A stretch of DNA of 64,000 nucleotides, from positions 19,828,797 to 19,892,796 of the forward strand of contig NC_068997.1 of the NCBI RefSeq assembly GCF_001194135.2, given 5' to 3'. The notes under the pieces are model-generated. The model saw nothing but the letters and a program-made list of their open reading frames with translations. It ran no database searches and was not told the origin of the DNA. Below are positions 62,044 through 64,000 of this stretch, piece by piece. Numbering within the stretch: the stretch's first letter is position 1; every line of letters starts with the position of its first letter. Origin of the DNA: Octopus bimaculoides (taxonomy: Eukaryota). The position numbers and the translations under genes are program-made.

Positions 62044-63704
62044 TAATGATAATATAGTTGAAAAGAATGAATAGCATGATTCCATAGGCTGCAGGTAGCA
62101 AACCCGCTACGCATGCAAGACTCTAAGGAGCTCCAACAAAACCTGTAATAAAGAAAAAATAATGATGAAAATAATAATTTCTAATTTTGGCACAAAGTCA
62201 GCAATTTTCGGGGAGAGTGTTGGTTAGTCAATTTTATTCACCCCAGTGTTTTACTGGTACTTAATATTATCATTTTCATTTCGCCCATCTTGACGTTCTG
62301 GCATGCAGCTACTCACCTCCACTTTCCTTTCCCAAATACTTCTTAATAATGGAAGCTTTTTGCTTCCTTTCCTTCTCCTCCTTCTCTGTTCTTTTCTGCC
62401 TTGCAGCTTACATGGCAACTTCACCAGTGCTGGNNNNNNNNNNNNNNNNNNNNNNNNNNNNNNNNNNNNNNNNNNNNNNNNNNNNNNNNNNNNNNNNNNN
62501 NNNNNNNNNNNNNNNNNNNNNNNNNNNNNNNNNNNNNNNNNNNNNNNNNNNNNNNNNNNNNNNNNNNNNNNNNNNNNNNNNNNNNNNNNNNNNNNNNNNN
62601 NNNNNNNNNNNNNNNNNNNNNNNNNNNNNNNNNNNNNNNNNNNNNNNNNNNNNNNNNNNNNNNNNNNNNNNNNNNNNNNNNNNNNNNNNNNNNNNNNNNN
62701 NNNNNNNNNNNNNNNNNNNNNNNNNNNNNNNNNNNNNNNNNNNNNNNNNNNNNNNNNNNNNNNNNNNNNNNNNNNNNNNNNNNNNNNNNNNNNNNNNNNN
62801 NNNNNNNNNNNNNNNNNNNNNNNNNNNNNNNNNNNNNNNNNNNNNNNNNNNNNNNNNNNNNNNNNNNNNNNNNNNNNNNNNNNNNNNNNNNNNNNNNNNN
62901 NNNNNNNNNNNNNNNNNNNNNNNNNNNNNNNNNNNNNTATATATATATATATATTTATATATAATACATACACACACAGTAGGCTTCTTTCAGTTTCTAT
63001 CTACCAAATATGTGTGGCCTGGTGCTTTGGGCTACATTAGGAGACACTTTCTCAAGGTGCTCTGCAGTGTGATTGAACACAAAACCAGATAGTTGGATGG
63101 CAAACTTCTTAACCAAACATCCATGCCTGTCCCTACTACCCCAATACATAAAAAAGCATGGCAGAAAAATCTCAGCTAAGGAAACACAAATATTTTCTAT
63201 AGAATACCTTCAAAAGCACAAAGCTTTCTATAGAATCGATATTAATGGCTGAATATACATAACAACTTTAACATACAATTAAAACAAAGCTTAACACCAT
63301 GACATGAAACGGTTATTTATTTTCCCTTTATTTCTGTCTGTTTATAAGAAATATTATTCAATACATGTGCAAACACACATTTTTCTGTATTTCTGTATCT
63401 TCATATAAATATACCATCATGATCATGACCATCATAATCAAAGGTCTTTTTTTTTTTTTTTCCTGTTGCTGGCATTGGATNNNNNNNNNNATTGGATGGA
63501 TGGTTCAATGGGAGGCTGTGATACCTCAGAAGACCAGGTCTTGCTCCACTGCCTCAGTTTTGCCATAATTTGTTTAGTTGGATACCCTTCTTAACTCCAA
63601 TACCAACCATATCTGTAATATATGTATGTTTTGTTTATACTGAAAGAGACAATCAGCAAGAGAAAAATAGAAAGCGGACTGTAATACATACACACATACA
63701 TCAC

Positions 63705-64000
63705 AGGAGTGGCTGTGTGGTAAGTAGCTTGCTTACCAACCACATGCTTCCAGGTTCAGTCCCACTGAGTGGCACCTTGTGCAAGTGTTTTCTACTATAG
63801 CCTCGGGCCGACCAAAGCCTTGTGAGTGGATTTGGTAGACGGAAACTGAAAGAAGCCCGTCGTATAAATATGTGTGTGTGTGTGTGTTTGTGTGTTTGTG
63901 TGTCTGTTTGTCCCCCTAACATCGCTTGACAACTGATGCTGATGTGTTTATGGCTCTATGACTTAGCAGTTCGGCAAAAGAAGCCAATAGAATAAGTACT
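63705..64000 (+). mobile_element. SINE family A, running off the window end
   Basis: Close match to 29545-29890. Confidence 0.88.

Noticed and set aside
59400-64000. Next DGK exon (expected to begin FMF.LYD)
   Set aside because: It is not found in the readable sequence. The acceptor-like site at about 61460 reads into a stop, so the exon is probably beyond the window or in a gap.

Overview
This is AT-rich, gap-containing animal genomic DNA. It is dense in (CA/TA/CAT/TAA)n microsatellites and tRNA-headed SINEs, which fits a cephalopod (Octopus-like) draft assembly; that assignment is inferred from the repeat landscape, not from a search. The only host gene I can support is the 5' part of a type I diacylglycerol kinase (DGK alpha/beta/gamma-like) on the + strand. 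Four phase-compatible GT-AG coding exons (31924-31987, 52134-52210, 56991-57096, 59295-59393) splice to MAMQWQKLSPAQFHQLQEYCNFSPKKVKEVMQEFSPNGVLSNYNPDQPIDYEGFLIFMQTYLDMKEVPEELCKALFQSFMKSGADVQGVQGSILIKDVVCYLSLVEGGSPGEKLE, and the gene continues beyond the window or into a gap. Most other long ORFs in the track are artefacts of microsatellites or N-gaps; a few are transposon fragments. The rest of the window is a layered set of mobile-element remnants: RTE, CR1/Jockey-like and R4-like LINE pieces, a Penelope GIY-YIG remnant, two Tc1/mariner remnants, TTAA-flanked piggyBac-like MITEs, a Helentron-type HINE and at least four SINE families. The most interesting unexplained signals are a type I hammerhead ribozyme-like fold at about 22968-23042, a 328-bp foldback element with a degenerate minimal hammerhead in each arm, a scrambled RTE chimera joined in frame, and a well-bounded 274-nt candidate alternative DGK exon. 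There is no CRISPR array, rRNA or true tRNA gene, and no prokaryotic system. I cannot show that any element here is previously undescribed.
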